Virus record (IMG/VR): IMGVR_UViG_2915331061_000005
DNA from: a virus
Lineage: Duplodnaviria > Heunggongvirae > Uroviricota > Caudoviricetes
Direction: 5' to 3' (one strand)
DNA length: 64,000 bases
Shown: positions 46,294-55,146 of the stretch, piece by piece
Position numbering within the stretch: position 1 is the stretch's first letter
How the letters are laid out: each line of letters opens with the position of its first letter
Made by a program: the position numbers and the translations under genes
Notes under the pieces: generated by a model
Seen by the model: only the letters and a program-made list of their open reading frames with translations
The model's database searches: none
What the model was told of the DNA's origin: nothing

Positions 46294-46551
46294 ATGGAAG
46301 CTGCCCAGACCGAGCACGGCGACATTGGCTATTGGAACCGTGTCACGGATGTAAACTATGAGGACGGCCAGTATTGCGGCACCCTGCAGGAACCGCCCAC
46401 GGTTCATGTTGTGGATTTTTCCGGGTATGACGGGCCGCTGGACGAAAACGGCTTTCCTGTTGGCCTGCCGAACGAAATCGCCGAGTACATGAAGCAGCAC
46501 GGCGAACCGCCCACCGTTCCGAAAATCATCATCAAGAAAAACGAACCATAA
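46294..46551 (+). CDS. Hypothetical early protein
   Basis: 85-aa ORF, last gene before the terminator. Confidence 0.35.
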   Translation: MEAAQTEHGDIGYWNRVTDVNYEDGQYCGTLQEPPTVHVVDFSGYDGPLDENGFPVGLPNEIAEYMKQHGEPPTVPKIIIKKNEP

Positions 46552-46566
46552 ACGCACGAAATCCCT

Positions 46567-46612
46567 CGACGGAATTACCCGCCGGGGGATTTCTGTTTTT
46601 GACGATTCGCAA
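46567..46612 (+). terminator. Rho-independent terminator ending the early operon
   Basis: GAAATCCC-loop-GGGGATTTC followed by TGTTTTTG. Confidence 0.55.
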
Positions 46613-46799
46613 GTTTGTTTTTCTGAGCGGTTCGGAGGTTTCGCGGAAGCCCTTCATTCTGCACGCGCATAAATTCGCTTCATTCTCTACCCTATAGTGT
46701 CTTTCCGGCACGAATTAAGATCGCTGAAGTTCGATTCTAAGGGCCTGTTTTTGCAGGTTTTCTGTCAAAAATCAGGCATAAGCCATTTTACAGCCCCTT

Positions 46800-47300
46800 T
46801 TAATCGCGCGCGTCATACGCGCGTGAGAGCAGTTCTTCGACCATCGGGACTTCATCCAGCATGGAACCCAGAACGACCAGCGCGAACTTTTCCCACCGCT
46901 GGGCTGTGATCTCTGTTTTTCTCAGTTCGCGGGCTATGGTTTTCCAGCCTTTTTGTAACGACGGATCACTGTAGACATACCGCCCGCACAGGATCGTTTT
47001 GTAACGACTGTTCAGCCGGTCTAATTGCCCCCGGATTGTTGTCTGATCCGCACGGAGAACATCCTGCCGAACACGAAGTTCATTTTCCCGGCGCTGGCAC
47101 TCCACATCATCGGCCAGTTTCACAGCCAGCGACGCGGTACTATCTCCCGGCGTGCTGCCGTGCGGCATACCGTCCATAGCAATGCCCTTGATGGGATTGT
47201 AGCGATCTCGCAGTTCTGCCAGCTCAATGTTGACATCATCAAGCTGCGCTTCAATCCCGCCAAAGTAGCGCAAAATCATTTTCGTTTCTTCTGCCTGCAT
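46800..47300 (-). CDS. Putative transcriptional regulator with C-terminal sigma-70 region-4-like HTH (possible RinA/ArpU-type late activator)
   Basis: C-terminal GWKTIARELRKTEITAQRWEKFALVVLG resembles a sigma region 4 HTH. Assignment tentative. Confidence 0.3.
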   Translation of the reverse strand: MQAEETKMILRYFGGIEAQLDDVNIELAELRDRYNPIKGIAMDGMPHGSTPGDSTASLAVKLADDVECQRRENELRVRQDVLRADQTTIRGQLDRLNSRYKTILCGRYVYSDPSLQKGWKTIARELRKTEITAQRWEKFALVVLGSMLDEVPMVEELLSRAYDARD

Positions 47301-47447
47301 TTTGCCCTCCTACGCTCCGTACCGTCAAAATTCTGTCGAGAAGATAGGCCCTGCACCGGGCACACGCGCAACCTCCGTACTGCCGCCGGTCATCTGGGCG
47401 ACACACCGGCCCAGTTTGGTATACGCCACATACTCCCCGTCTTTTGC

Positions 47448-47942
47448 TCATTCGAGGAACTGTTCATAGTTTTTTCTGGCTTCTTCCACGGTGCTGTTGA
47501 TCTGGGCACGATCATAGCCCATAGAATCCAGCGCTTCGATGAAGAACCGGATCACGAGATCACCAGCGGCACGCCGTTCGGCCAGCGCGTCTTTTTCACG
47601 CTGTTTGCGCGGGTATTGTCCCGCCGGGAGGACAAACGGCTTATCCAGCATCGGTGCTGTGCGCTCTCTCAGCTTCTCGCGGGCTTTCGGCTGCCCGTAG
47701 GCGCTCATTTCAACCGTGTATACCTCTGCCCTGTGGTTCATTTCCGTGCAAAGCCGCTCCTGCTTGTCCCGGTCAAAATCCAACGTGTCATTGGCTGCGA
47801 TCATGGTGCAGTAGCTCACCACCTCGCCAACGGCCTGCCGATTCAGCGTCAGGTTCTTTCTGGTGTTTACCTTTTCGGCGCACCGGGCAAAGGCATTCTG
47901 TGCCATATGCATAGACACTGCCCTTGGGATTCTTCTGCTCAT
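47448..47942 (-). CDS. Hypothetical protein
   Basis: 164-aa ORF. Confidence 0.4.
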   Translation of the reverse strand: MSRRIPRAVSMHMAQNAFARCAEKVNTRKNLTLNRQAVGEVVSYCTMIAANDTLDFDRDKQERLCTEMNHRAEVYTVEMSAYGQPKAREKLRERTAPMLDKPFVLPAGQYPRKQREKDALAERRAAGDLVIRFFIEALDSMGYDRAQINSTVEEARKNYEQFLE

Positions 47943-47948
47943 GATGTT

Positions 47949-48458
47949 TCATCCTTTCCTTTCGGTCTGTTGGGCGCACTTCTTCCATGCTTTGATTTCT
48001 GCTGCAGTATCAGGGGTAATGTGCTCCACAAAGCGCCAGCCCCGCGGCTCCGCCACAAGGTCGATGAATATACGGCGGCGGTGGATGTAATCGCGCTGCT
48101 GCCGCCGGGTGAATTTGCTTTTCACCTCTACAACCTCAACTGTGCCATCTGCATAAGTCAGCACAAAATCCGGGGTATAGTGCATCGCCGGTAGTTTCAC
48201 ATTGCCGTATTCTTTTTCGGGCAGCATGGTAAACCTGCGGTGCGATTCCACCTTCACGATCTCCCCGCGCTGGACTTTTGGCAGAATCATTCCCATGTAG
48301 TAGTCGTACTCGCCCCTGCTGTCAAACTCCCGTCCTGTTTTCTTGGCGGCTGCAGCCACGGCTTCCAGCGTCGGTGCTTTTGCTCTGCATCTGGCCGCAA
48401 TCTGTGCTTCCGCCTGTGCCCGATACTTTGGTGGCAGGTCAGAAAGTTCCATCCTCAT
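47949..48458 (-). CDS. DUF1064/PD-(D/E)xK nuclease-like protein (possible Holliday-junction resolvase)
   Basis: Start MRMELSDLPP with CAGGAGGAA RBS. D..E.K-type motif (TPDFVLTYADGTVEVVEVKS). The upstream 119 codons of the ORF-track entry are rejected. Confidence 0.45.
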   Translation of the reverse strand: MRMELSDLPPKYRAQAEAQIAARCRAKAPTLEAVAAAAKKTGREFDSRGEYDYYMGMILPKVQRGEIVKVESHRRFTMLPEKEYGNVKLPAMHYTPDFVLTYADGTVEVVEVKSKFTRRQQRDYIHRRRIFIDLVAEPRGWRFVEHITPDTAAEIKAWKKCAQQTERKG

Positions 48459-48460
48459 AC

Positions 48461-49321
48461 TCAAGGCCGGTTCCTCCTGTTCTGCTGCATCCCAGTCTCT
48501 TTGCGATATAGGCGCACGATCAGGTGCCGGGTGTTGTTGCCGGTGATTATGGGTTCGCAGTAGTGCAGGGTGTATCCGGGGTACATCTTCTCCCAGAATG
48601 CACGATCTTCCAGACGGTTCTCGCAAACATCTTTCAACTTGGTGCGGCTCATTTTCCCATCGTTCGGGCGGGGCATTTTCGGCGGTTTCAGCCCGCGGCT
48701 CTGCCGCCAATGGCGCTTGCACCTCACATTCTTCATGATGTACTTTGCAAGGCTCGTGATGTAGCCATGATCGAAGTGTAGAGGTTCGCAACGGGCCATG
48801 CCGCGCCCGCTCCACGCTTCCTCTACCATTTCACGGGTCAGACCGTAAACGCGCTGCATAATGACATGGTGATGGTGCTTTCCCACCCACACCCCGTCAA
48901 CATACGTCGAGTATTCATGCACGACGATCCACTTCGGGTGCCGAATGCCTTTTTTATCGCACATCCGGTATAGCTTTTTCATGGCGGCGGAAAAATCCTT
49001 ATCCACACGCTTTGTGTCCGCCGGGTCGGGCCGGTGTTCATCGTCATAGGTGTATGTAACAGAATAATCGCTCTTGTGGAAGTTGCGCTGAACCAACAGC
49101 TCTAAATACCGTCCACTTTTTCGCAAATTGTACGCTTCCTTCGCAATGGAGCTTGCCAGCTCTTTTTTCTTGCGGGTGCTGGCCTTGTGCTGCTGTTCCG
49201 TGATCTCGAAAAAATCCACCTGCATGGTGTCAGCCGTGGCATAGTCTTTGCCGCAGATAAATTTTTGCTCTCGTACTCTGAAACCCGCGGTCATGCTCTC
49301 CACGTCCTCCTTTCCGTACAC
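48461..49321 (-). CDS. Replication initiation protein (Rep_trans/HUH rolling-circle type)
   Basis: HUH-like GKHHHHVIM and Y-motif LAKYIMK. 286 aa. Confidence 0.5.
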   Translation of the reverse strand: MYGKEDVESMTAGFRVREQKFICGKDYATADTMQVDFFEITEQQHKASTRKKKELASSIAKEAYNLRKSGRYLELLVQRNFHKSDYSVTYTYDDEHRPDPADTKRVDKDFSAAMKKLYRMCDKKGIRHPKWIVVHEYSTYVDGVWVGKHHHHVIMQRVYGLTREMVEEAWSGRGMARCEPLHFDHGYITSLAKYIMKNVRCKRHWRQSRGLKPPKMPRPNDGKMSRTKLKDVCENRLEDRAFWEKMYPGYTLHYCEPIITGNNTRHLIVRLYRKETGMQQNRRNRP

Positions 49322-49607
49322 GTCATGGAATTTTCTGAATCTTGAACCACAAACACGAGAAGGGAACGATGCAGAGGAACAACACCGGGCCGCGTTCCCT
49401 ACGATCCTGCTTCCGGCAAGCCATCAGAACGCTGCCCTCGTTTTCCCTCTGCACTCCCTTTCCCCGCCGGGGGAAAGCTCCTGTTTTTCTCTGATTTCTC
49501 AGAATGTCCCTTAGTTTAGCTCCGATATACAAGCCCCTTGCCGCCTCGTCAGGGCGGCAATTTAACGACGGACGCTCTTTATATATAAGGTAGAGGGCTT
49601 GTCTTGC

Positions 49608-49760
49608 TTATTTCAGCAGGGCGAATTTGAACCAATCCGGCAGGTCGGATGCTGCAATAAAATACTTTACCACCAGCACCACGGCAAGAATAATCACCGG
49701 TGCCAGCAGGTACAGCCAGCCGATAGCGTAAGCGCCGAACTCACTTTTCTTCTTTTTCAT
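49608..49760 (-). CDS. Small membrane protein
   Basis: Start MKKKKSEF then hydrophobic helix. Confidence 0.35.
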   Translation of the reverse strand: MKKKKSEFGAYAIGWLYLLAPVIILAVVLVVKYFIAASDLPDWFKFALLK

Positions 49761-49895
49761 CACTATCTTCCCTTCCTTCCCACACAGGGCAGCTATCTTC
49801 CGGGTCTGTGAAATCCGCCCGATGCTCAGAATTTCCATTGAAGCACACCCATGAAAAGTTATCATGCCATGCGCAGGTGAAACACTCTTTTTCCA

Positions 49896-50360
49896 TCACT
49901 CACGTTCCTCCCAGTTCCAGCAGGAAGCTTCCCGGCCTGTCACGGGCTGAGAATGATGTTTGTTGAAACACGTCCCGTCCTGCAAATGCCACCTGCAAAA
50001 TTCACAGCTTTTGTGTGAAGTGACTTTTGCGCCGCACTCTGGGCAGTGCTTAAACTTGTACTCGCAAAGTTCTTTCTCCCCGTCGTCCGGGTCGATTTTG
50101 ATTTGCTTCCAGTCCTCAACGTGAATGCCGCACTTGTGGCAAATAAATTCGTCGCAGTCTATGTAGTCCCGGTTCTCGTTGTATGTCAGCGGTTGCAGGC
50201 TCTCCGGGGCAATGGTCGGTTCGGCATTCAAACTGCCCTCGATCATCTGCACTACACTGGTTTTGATTTTCCCGTGTGTCAGCTCCCCTTTCAGTGCATA
50301 CTCTATGTTCTTGAGTACCTGCATGAAATGGTTTGCATCAACCAGACGTTTTTCTTTCAT
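49896..50360 (-). CDS. Cys-rich zinc-binding hypothetical protein
   Basis: CHKCG...CPECG...CEFC motifs. Confidence 0.4.
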   Translation of the reverse strand: MKEKRLVDANHFMQVLKNIEYALKGELTHGKIKTSVVQMIEGSLNAEPTIAPESLQPLTYNENRDYIDCDEFICHKCGIHVEDWKQIKIDPDDGEKELCEYKFKHCPECGAKVTSHKSCEFCRWHLQDGTCFNKHHSQPVTGREASCWNWEERE

Positions 50361-50583
50361 TTTCTTTTCCCGCTTTCTTTCTTGGCGTTCGCTTCTTCTT
50401 TGGCAAATCCGGTATCGTCACCACAATATCCCTTTGTTTCTCCATTTCCGCCGGGATTGCCTCGACCAGACTTTTGAATTTTTGCAAGGTTTGAACCTCC
50501 GTCGCCGCGAAAATGAACTGCGCCAGTTCTTCCGGTGTTCCCTGCTGGACGGAATGACCGTCCGGGTATGTTGTGATCGTCAT
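50338..50583 (-). CDS. Hypothetical protein
   Basis: 81 aa. Confidence 0.35.
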   Translation of the reverse strand: MTITTYPDGHSVQQGTPEELAQFIFAATEVQTLQKFKSLVEAIPAEMEKQRDIVVTIPDLPKKKRTPRKKAGKENERKTSG

Positions 50584-51071
50584 TTTTCTTCGCCTTTCAG
50601 TTTCAGTTCCACTTTCGGCATGGGCTGATCCGAACGGTTCATCGGTTCATAGAAATCGACCCACTGTCCACCCTCCGGGAAGTCGTGCCACGCAAGCGCG
50701 TACCGGATCGTCAGCCAAACGGTTTCTGCTCTGTATGCTTCTTTCATGGTTGTGTCGATAGATGCAGGCGGAACATTCTGCCTCCAAAGTGCGTCCATGC
50801 CCTGCCGCATCTGGTTACGAAGCCGCATACACTTGAGAAAATCCGCTTCGTGGTCTTTATGAAACTGCTTTCGTTCTTCGGTCGTGTGGCACCGCTTTTC
50901 CATCTTGTCCACATAATCCCAGCAGCAAACCTCATTGGTGAAGTCCTCAAACTGGCCCATGCGGAACCGGAGGTATTCTTCGCACGCCTGCTTCACGGCC
51001 TGTGCTGTCTCCCGGCTCATGGTGATGGTCACGGCCTCAACCTCTGCCGGGGTCTTATTTTTTGTTACCAT
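50580..51071 (-). CDS. Hypothetical protein
   Basis: 163 aa. Confidence 0.4.
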   Translation of the reverse strand: MVTKNKTPAEVEAVTITMSRETAQAVKQACEEYLRFRMGQFEDFTNEVCCWDYVDKMEKRCHTTEERKQFHKDHEADFLKCMRLRNQMRQGMDALWRQNVPPASIDTTMKEAYRAETVWLTIRYALAWHDFPEGGQWVDFYEPMNRSDQPMPKVELKLKGEEK

Positions 51072-51080
51072 TCTGTCACC

Positions 51081-51473
51081 TCAACAAATCCTGACAGCCG
51101 GGGCACCGTAGCCATCCCGTACCAGAACCCCCTCTTTTTCCGTAAAAAACATTGTCGTCTTGAACGGAAAGTTTGCTCTGTCGATGCCAGCTTCGGCGGC
51201 AGCATCGGCCAGCATTTTGCACGGGCCGTAATCACTCCCGATGGAAAAGCCGAAAGCTTGAATGCTTTTCGCGTATTCCTCAATGCTTTTTGCCAATGCC
51301 GCCTTGAATGTGTTCAGCTGATCCAGCGTAACGCTCTGTCGCATCGTATCCGCAAGGAAGCACACTGCAACAGAGGTAAAACTATCGTCTCCGTTGCTAT
51401 GCGGCTGGTGATCCATCAGCTTTCCAGCCCACCAGCTGACAGCCTTTTCAATATCATCCTTTGCCAAAATCAT
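51081..51473 (-). CDS. Hypothetical protein
   Basis: 130 aa. Confidence 0.4.
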   Translation of the reverse strand: MILAKDDIEKAVSWWAGKLMDHQPHSNGDDSFTSVAVCFLADTMRQSVTLDQLNTFKAALAKSIEEYAKSIQAFGFSIGSDYGPCKMLADAAAEAGIDRANFPFKTTMFFTEKEGVLVRDGYGAPAVRIC

Positions 51474-51856
51474 ACCGTTTCCCCGCCTTTCTTTTTCAGA
51501 GGTTCAGGCCCCGTTCCATAGTCCGGCACCCAGCCGCCCGGCCAGTCGTGCCGCTGGCTGCGTTCGTATTTCTTGACCATTGCGGCCAGCTGAATAGCTT
51601 CCACCGCTGCGTGGATTGCCACATCATAAATGAGATTCAGGTGCTCCCGCTTCATGGGTTCGTTTCTCTTGACATCTCGCCACAGCCGGATTGTCAAGCC
51701 AAAGTGGAGCTTCCGCACCTCGTCTATCAGTTCGTCCAGTTCTTCCCGGATCACCGCATACCCTTCATGCGGACTTGCGAACATCCGAAAGCGGCGGTTT
51801 GCTGCCGCCAGCTCCTTCTTTGCCAGAGCACGGACATCTTTTGTGATAACGTCCAT
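51470..51856 (-). CDS. Hypothetical protein
   Basis: 128 aa. Confidence 0.4.
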   Translation of the reverse strand: MDVITKDVRALAKKELAAANRRFRMFASPHEGYAVIREELDELIDEVRKLHFGLTIRLWRDVKRNEPMKREHLNLIYDVAIHAAVEAIQLAAMVKKYERSQRHDWPGGWVPDYGTGPEPLKKKGGETV

Positions 51857-51858
51857 GG

Positions 51859-52506
51859 TTATTCCTCCGCCCGGCTCTTGATTTCAGCCAGCAGATCATC
51901 CAATGGAACATCGGCGAGGCAAAACCCGGCTTCTCCTTCATCCTCGGTAGAGACCCAGAGTGTAGAGGGAAAGTACAAAGCGGGGCGAACACCATAGGAG
52001 TAGTAGTACCAGTAGCGGTGGCTGGAGCCATCGGTGTCGACGTACCAGACGTAGTAGTCACTGTCGGTGAGCGGAGAGCGATTCGGCGTACCGTAAGGCG
52101 TCGCCAACCACCACGGCGTATCTACCTTCGGGATCAGCCGCCAATACTTTCCATACTGACGCAGGGTCAACAGGCCGATTCTGTATTCAACGGTTCCGTA
52201 TTCGGTCTGTCCGGTTGTGTCCTGCAGGTCGATCTTGAACGGAATAAAAGTATCCAGCGGCGTACCCTTCTCGGTAAACTCTGCCAGACAGTTACCCAGA
52301 TACTTCATAACATCGCTCCGGCGCAGATCGTTGGGACACTCCGGGTCGTCGCCGTCACGGAACGGCATTTTCGTCCAAATGTCCTTTGCCAGCACCAGAC
52401 AACCGTGTTCGTCTGCATCCAGCTTCACAAGCTCTTTGCCCAGCGCCTTGAAGATGCCGCCATTTTTCACATTGCCCAAAGTTGTGCTTTTCAAAATCTT
52501 GCTCAT
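51859..52506 (-). CDS. DGR target 2: small protein with C-terminal variable repeat VR2 (…YYYSYGVRPALYFPSTL)
   Basis: Contains VR2, a 102-nt match to the TR with 16 mismatches, all at TR adenines. 215 aa. Confidence 0.65.
   Translation of the reverse strand: MSKILKSTTLGNVKNGGIFKALGKELVKLDADEHGCLVLAKDIWTKMPFRDGDDPECPNDLRRSDVMKYLGNCLAEFTEKGTPLDTFIPFKIDLQDTTGQTEYGTVEYRIGLLTLRQYGKYWRLIPKVDTPWWLATPYGTPNRSPLTDSDYYVWYVDTDGSSHRYWYYYSYGVRPALYFPSTLWVSTEDEGEAGFCLADVPLDDLLAEIKSRAEE
51979..52080 (-). repeat. DGR variable repeat VR2 (remote, ~36.6 kb from TR)
   Basis: Ungapped alignment to TR 15364..15465. Every difference is at a TR A (plus-strand T). Confidence 0.75.
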
Positions 52507-52524
52507 GGTCGTTTCTCCTTCTTA

Positions 52525-53166
52525 TTACTCCTGCTGCTCGGAATCCTTTTCGGCGTTCAAATCATCGAACGTCTGTTCCGGTTCTTCCTGTTCACCGATG
52601 TGAGTTTCTGCCAGCATTGCAACCAGTTCTTGCAGCTTTGCTTCTGCGTAGTCCGGCACCGTATATGCCATAACGGCGGCTCGTACCCTCATGCCGTTCT
52701 TCACGACATAATAAACCGTTCCGTCGGTTTGTTTTCTCTGGTAATAGCGGATAAAACCGTTATTCTTAATTTCATCCTCCAGCGGCGCAAGGTGCGACTG
52801 ACAGATAATGCCGACCATGTGGCGATCCTCGGTCACAAGCGGGATAAGGATTTCTCCACTGCAGTAAATACCGATGCCCAGTTTCTTCACTTCGACTTCA
52901 TCCTTAATTGTGTCGTCAAGATTGAAACCATAAAAATCAATTTTGTATGCACAGTCGAAGTCGTTGTAAACCACCTTTTCGATCATGGTATCCTCGCTGA
53001 TTCCCAGCATAGCGCCCATCTGGTTGCGGTTCAGCGGACGCGGGAAACCGGTAGCGCAGTAAATCGCCGACGCAGTTCCAATGTAGAAATCATCACTCTC
53101 GTCGTTATGGAAAACATTGCAGACAAGCTGCCGCTTGACCATCTTTGTCAGCCCTGAAAGTTTCAT
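52525..53166 (-). CDS. Hypothetical protein
   Basis: 213 aa, acidic C-terminus. Confidence 0.45.
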   Translation of the reverse strand: MKLSGLTKMVKRQLVCNVFHNDESDDFYIGTASAIYCATGFPRPLNRNQMGAMLGISEDTMIEKVVYNDFDCAYKIDFYGFNLDDTIKDEVEVKKLGIGIYCSGEILIPLVTEDRHMVGIICQSHLAPLEDEIKNNGFIRYYQRKQTDGTVYYVVKNGMRVRAAVMAYTVPDYAEAKLQELVAMLAETHIGEQEEPEQTFDDLNAEKDSEQQE

Positions 53167-53369
53167 CTTTTGACCACCTCCACGTCCGGTTTTTCCGTTT
53201 CACTAAACCTCGGATAAAAGGTCATTGCGCACATCCGTGCCTCACGGAGTGCTGCATCTGAGCTTTTTGCGTCCAGCTTGTACGGTAGCTGCATCTTGTT
53301 TTTCGTGTAGCTGTCAATGCCGAACAGCATGATACTGAACTTTGCCATTTTCTGCTCCTTTCTGCTCAT
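53163..53369 (-). CDS. Small conserved hypothetical (MAKFSIMLFGIDSYTK...), paralog of 115..300
   Basis: Same gene plus downstream terminator/leader arrangement as module A. Confidence 0.5.
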   Translation of the reverse strand: MSRKEQKMAKFSIMLFGIDSYTKNKMQLPYKLDAKSSDAALREARMCAMTFYPRFSETEKPDVEVVKR

Positions 53370-53464
53370 TTTCTTTCGGTGGGCACTTCCGGGCTTGAAC
53401 CGGGCGGGGCCTATTCCCTATGCTCATATAAAAAGGAGCCGCCGCTCTGGGCGGCTCCAAAAGA

Positions 53465-54376
53465 TCAGTTGATGCCGTTGATAATGGGGATGCTGTTACC
53501 ATCGCCAACATAGGCAGGCAGTTCACCGTTCCAGCGGGATTCCACGTCGGTGATCTTGTAGTATTCCAGCAGGTTGCTGTTCAGACTGTCGTTCAAGGCG
53601 CGGTTTGCTTCCGCCTTTTTCTCTGCAACGTACAACTCTGCGTCCGCTGCAACCTTAGACTTTTCCGCTTCCGCATTGGCTGCGATCAGGTCAGCGTCCG
53701 CCGTGGCCTGTGCTTCGACACGGCGCTTGTCGGCGTCAGTCTCGGCTTTTTCCTTTTCCTGCTGGGCCTTGACCTTTGCTTCCACCGCATCGGTAAAGGT
53801 ATCAGTGAAGTCAAAATTGGTTACGCTGATATACTGCAGGTCGATGTTGTACTGTGCCAGCACTTCCCGCAGTTTCGTGTCCATCTTGGAAGCGACTGCA
53901 TCCCGGTTAGAAATCAGGCTGCTTGCATCGTAGTGGGCAACTACAGCTTTCACCGTTTCAAGGACACGGGGAGTAATCAGGGTGTCCTCATACTTTTTGC
54001 CGACCTCTTTGTAGATGGTCATTGCATTTGCCTGATTGATCCGGTAGCCAACCGCCACACTGGTGGAGACTTCCTGAATGTCAGAACTGAACGCTGACAA
54101 GTCCATGCTCATTTCCTGAACACGGTTATCCATCTTCACGATGGACTGCCACGGGGCCTTGAACACCACACCTGCGTCCTTCGTGCCATCCTCGACTTTG
54201 CCAAAGGTTGTGACGATGCCGGTATAACCGGTAGGGACATAGGACACACAGGAAATGCCGATAAAAATGACGGCCACCACCGCCGGGATGATTGCAGTTC
54301 TTTTTGCATCATCCGAGAAAATCAGGATAGCCAGCGCGATCAGTACAAACAGTGCGCCGATAATAAAAAGAATCAT
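53465..54376 (-). CDS. SPFH/band-7 (prohibitin/HflC-like) membrane protein
   Basis: N-terminal TM, then SPFH core (GYTGIVTTFGKV...), then C-terminal coiled coil (EAKVKAQQEKEKAETDADKRRVEAQA). Confidence 0.7.
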   Translation of the reverse strand: MILFIIGALFVLIALAILIFSDDAKRTAIIPAVVAVIFIGISCVSYVPTGYTGIVTTFGKVEDGTKDAGVVFKAPWQSIVKMDNRVQEMSMDLSAFSSDIQEVSTSVAVGYRINQANAMTIYKEVGKKYEDTLITPRVLETVKAVVAHYDASSLISNRDAVASKMDTKLREVLAQYNIDLQYISVTNFDFTDTFTDAVEAKVKAQQEKEKAETDADKRRVEAQATADADLIAANAEAEKSKVAADAELYVAEKKAEANRALNDSLNSNLLEYYKITDVESRWNGELPAYVGDGNSIPIINGIN

Positions 54377-54468
54377 GTTTCCTCAACTTTCGCTCATGCG
54401 TTTATGTACGGGCGAAAGCTGGATTAAATCGGATCGTGGTAAATAGGGACGCCACTTTGATAATCCCA

Positions 54469-54690
54469 TTACAGGAAGCTCACCTGCCCCTCTGGATTCT
54501 TATTTTTCGTTTCGCGCGGCTTGTAGTCCTTTTCTTCGTTCAGGACATCAACCGGATTAAATTCAAACTGCTTGCAGCGGTTCGGGCTGACAATTTTCTT
54601 TTTATCCCGGATTTCTTTTCTTGCTTCACAGTAAATTAGATCGTCGTCCTGCAGGGACGCCAGTGAACAATATCTGCAATACTGGGTCAT
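54469..54690 (-). CDS. Zinc-ribbon small protein
   Basis: CRYC...C..RC motifs. Confidence 0.4.
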   Translation of the reverse strand: MTQYCRYCSLASLQDDDLIYCEARKEIRDKKKIVSPNRCKQFEFNPVDVLNEEKDYKPRETKNKNPEGQVSFL

Positions 54691-54691
54691 T

Positions 54692-54901
54692 TCACAGCTC
54701 CAATGCGTCGATAATCTCCGCTACCATATCATTTAGAAAAGCAGCAAGCCTACGCAGAAGTGACCTTTTGGGCTGGTTGTCGTTCGGCTTGCGGCTGTCG
54801 TTCTCAATTTCAATTCCGACAACATAGTTATTGTCTCCGACAACCGTTTGCTGGATTTGAATTGCATTATTTCCTGCCTTTTGAGACTGCTTCACATCCA
54901 T
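54692..54901 (-). CDS. Hypothetical small protein
   Basis: 69 aa, specific to module B. Confidence 0.35.
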   Translation of the reverse strand: MDVKQSQKAGNNAIQIQQTVVGDNNYVVGIEIENDSRKPNDNQPKRSLLRRLAAFLNDMVAEIIDALEL

Positions 54902-55143
54902 ACTTCGTCCCTCTCGTATTGATCTTTCAGGGCAAAGTAAGTATCGAAAATGAGCTTGTGCCCCGTCCCGGACGTTTCATGCTCGACCACTTCCCTGACG
55001 GGTAAAGTCACCCTTTCGCCAAATCGTCCCTTGAAAATTCTCATTTCAAGCGATCCATCCCGGATGTTTCGCATATATTCAAACCCATACCCATCCTTCT
55101 GGGCCTCTGCTGCAACTTCTTCCAGTGCTCTTTTTATCTTCAC
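54892..55143 (-). CDS. Hypothetical small protein
   Basis: 83 aa, overlaps its neighbours by a few nt. Confidence 0.35.
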   Translation of the reverse strand: MKIKRALEEVAAEAQKDGYGFEYMRNIRDGSLEMRIFKGRFGERVTLPVREVVEHETSGTGHKLIFDTYFALKDQYERDEVWM

Positions 55144-55146
55144 CGC

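Noticed and set aside
47949-48815. Full 288-aa ORF as called in the track
   Set aside because: The N-terminal 119 codons are His/Pro/Arg-rich with no RBS and overlap the 3' end of the Rep gene. A strong RBS precedes the internal start at 48458, which begins the conserved nuclease-like domain.
49323-49532. 69-aa minus-strand ORF
   Set aside because: It lies in an intergenic stretch that is dominated by terminator-like hairpins. It has no RBS and an Arg-rich low-complexity product.
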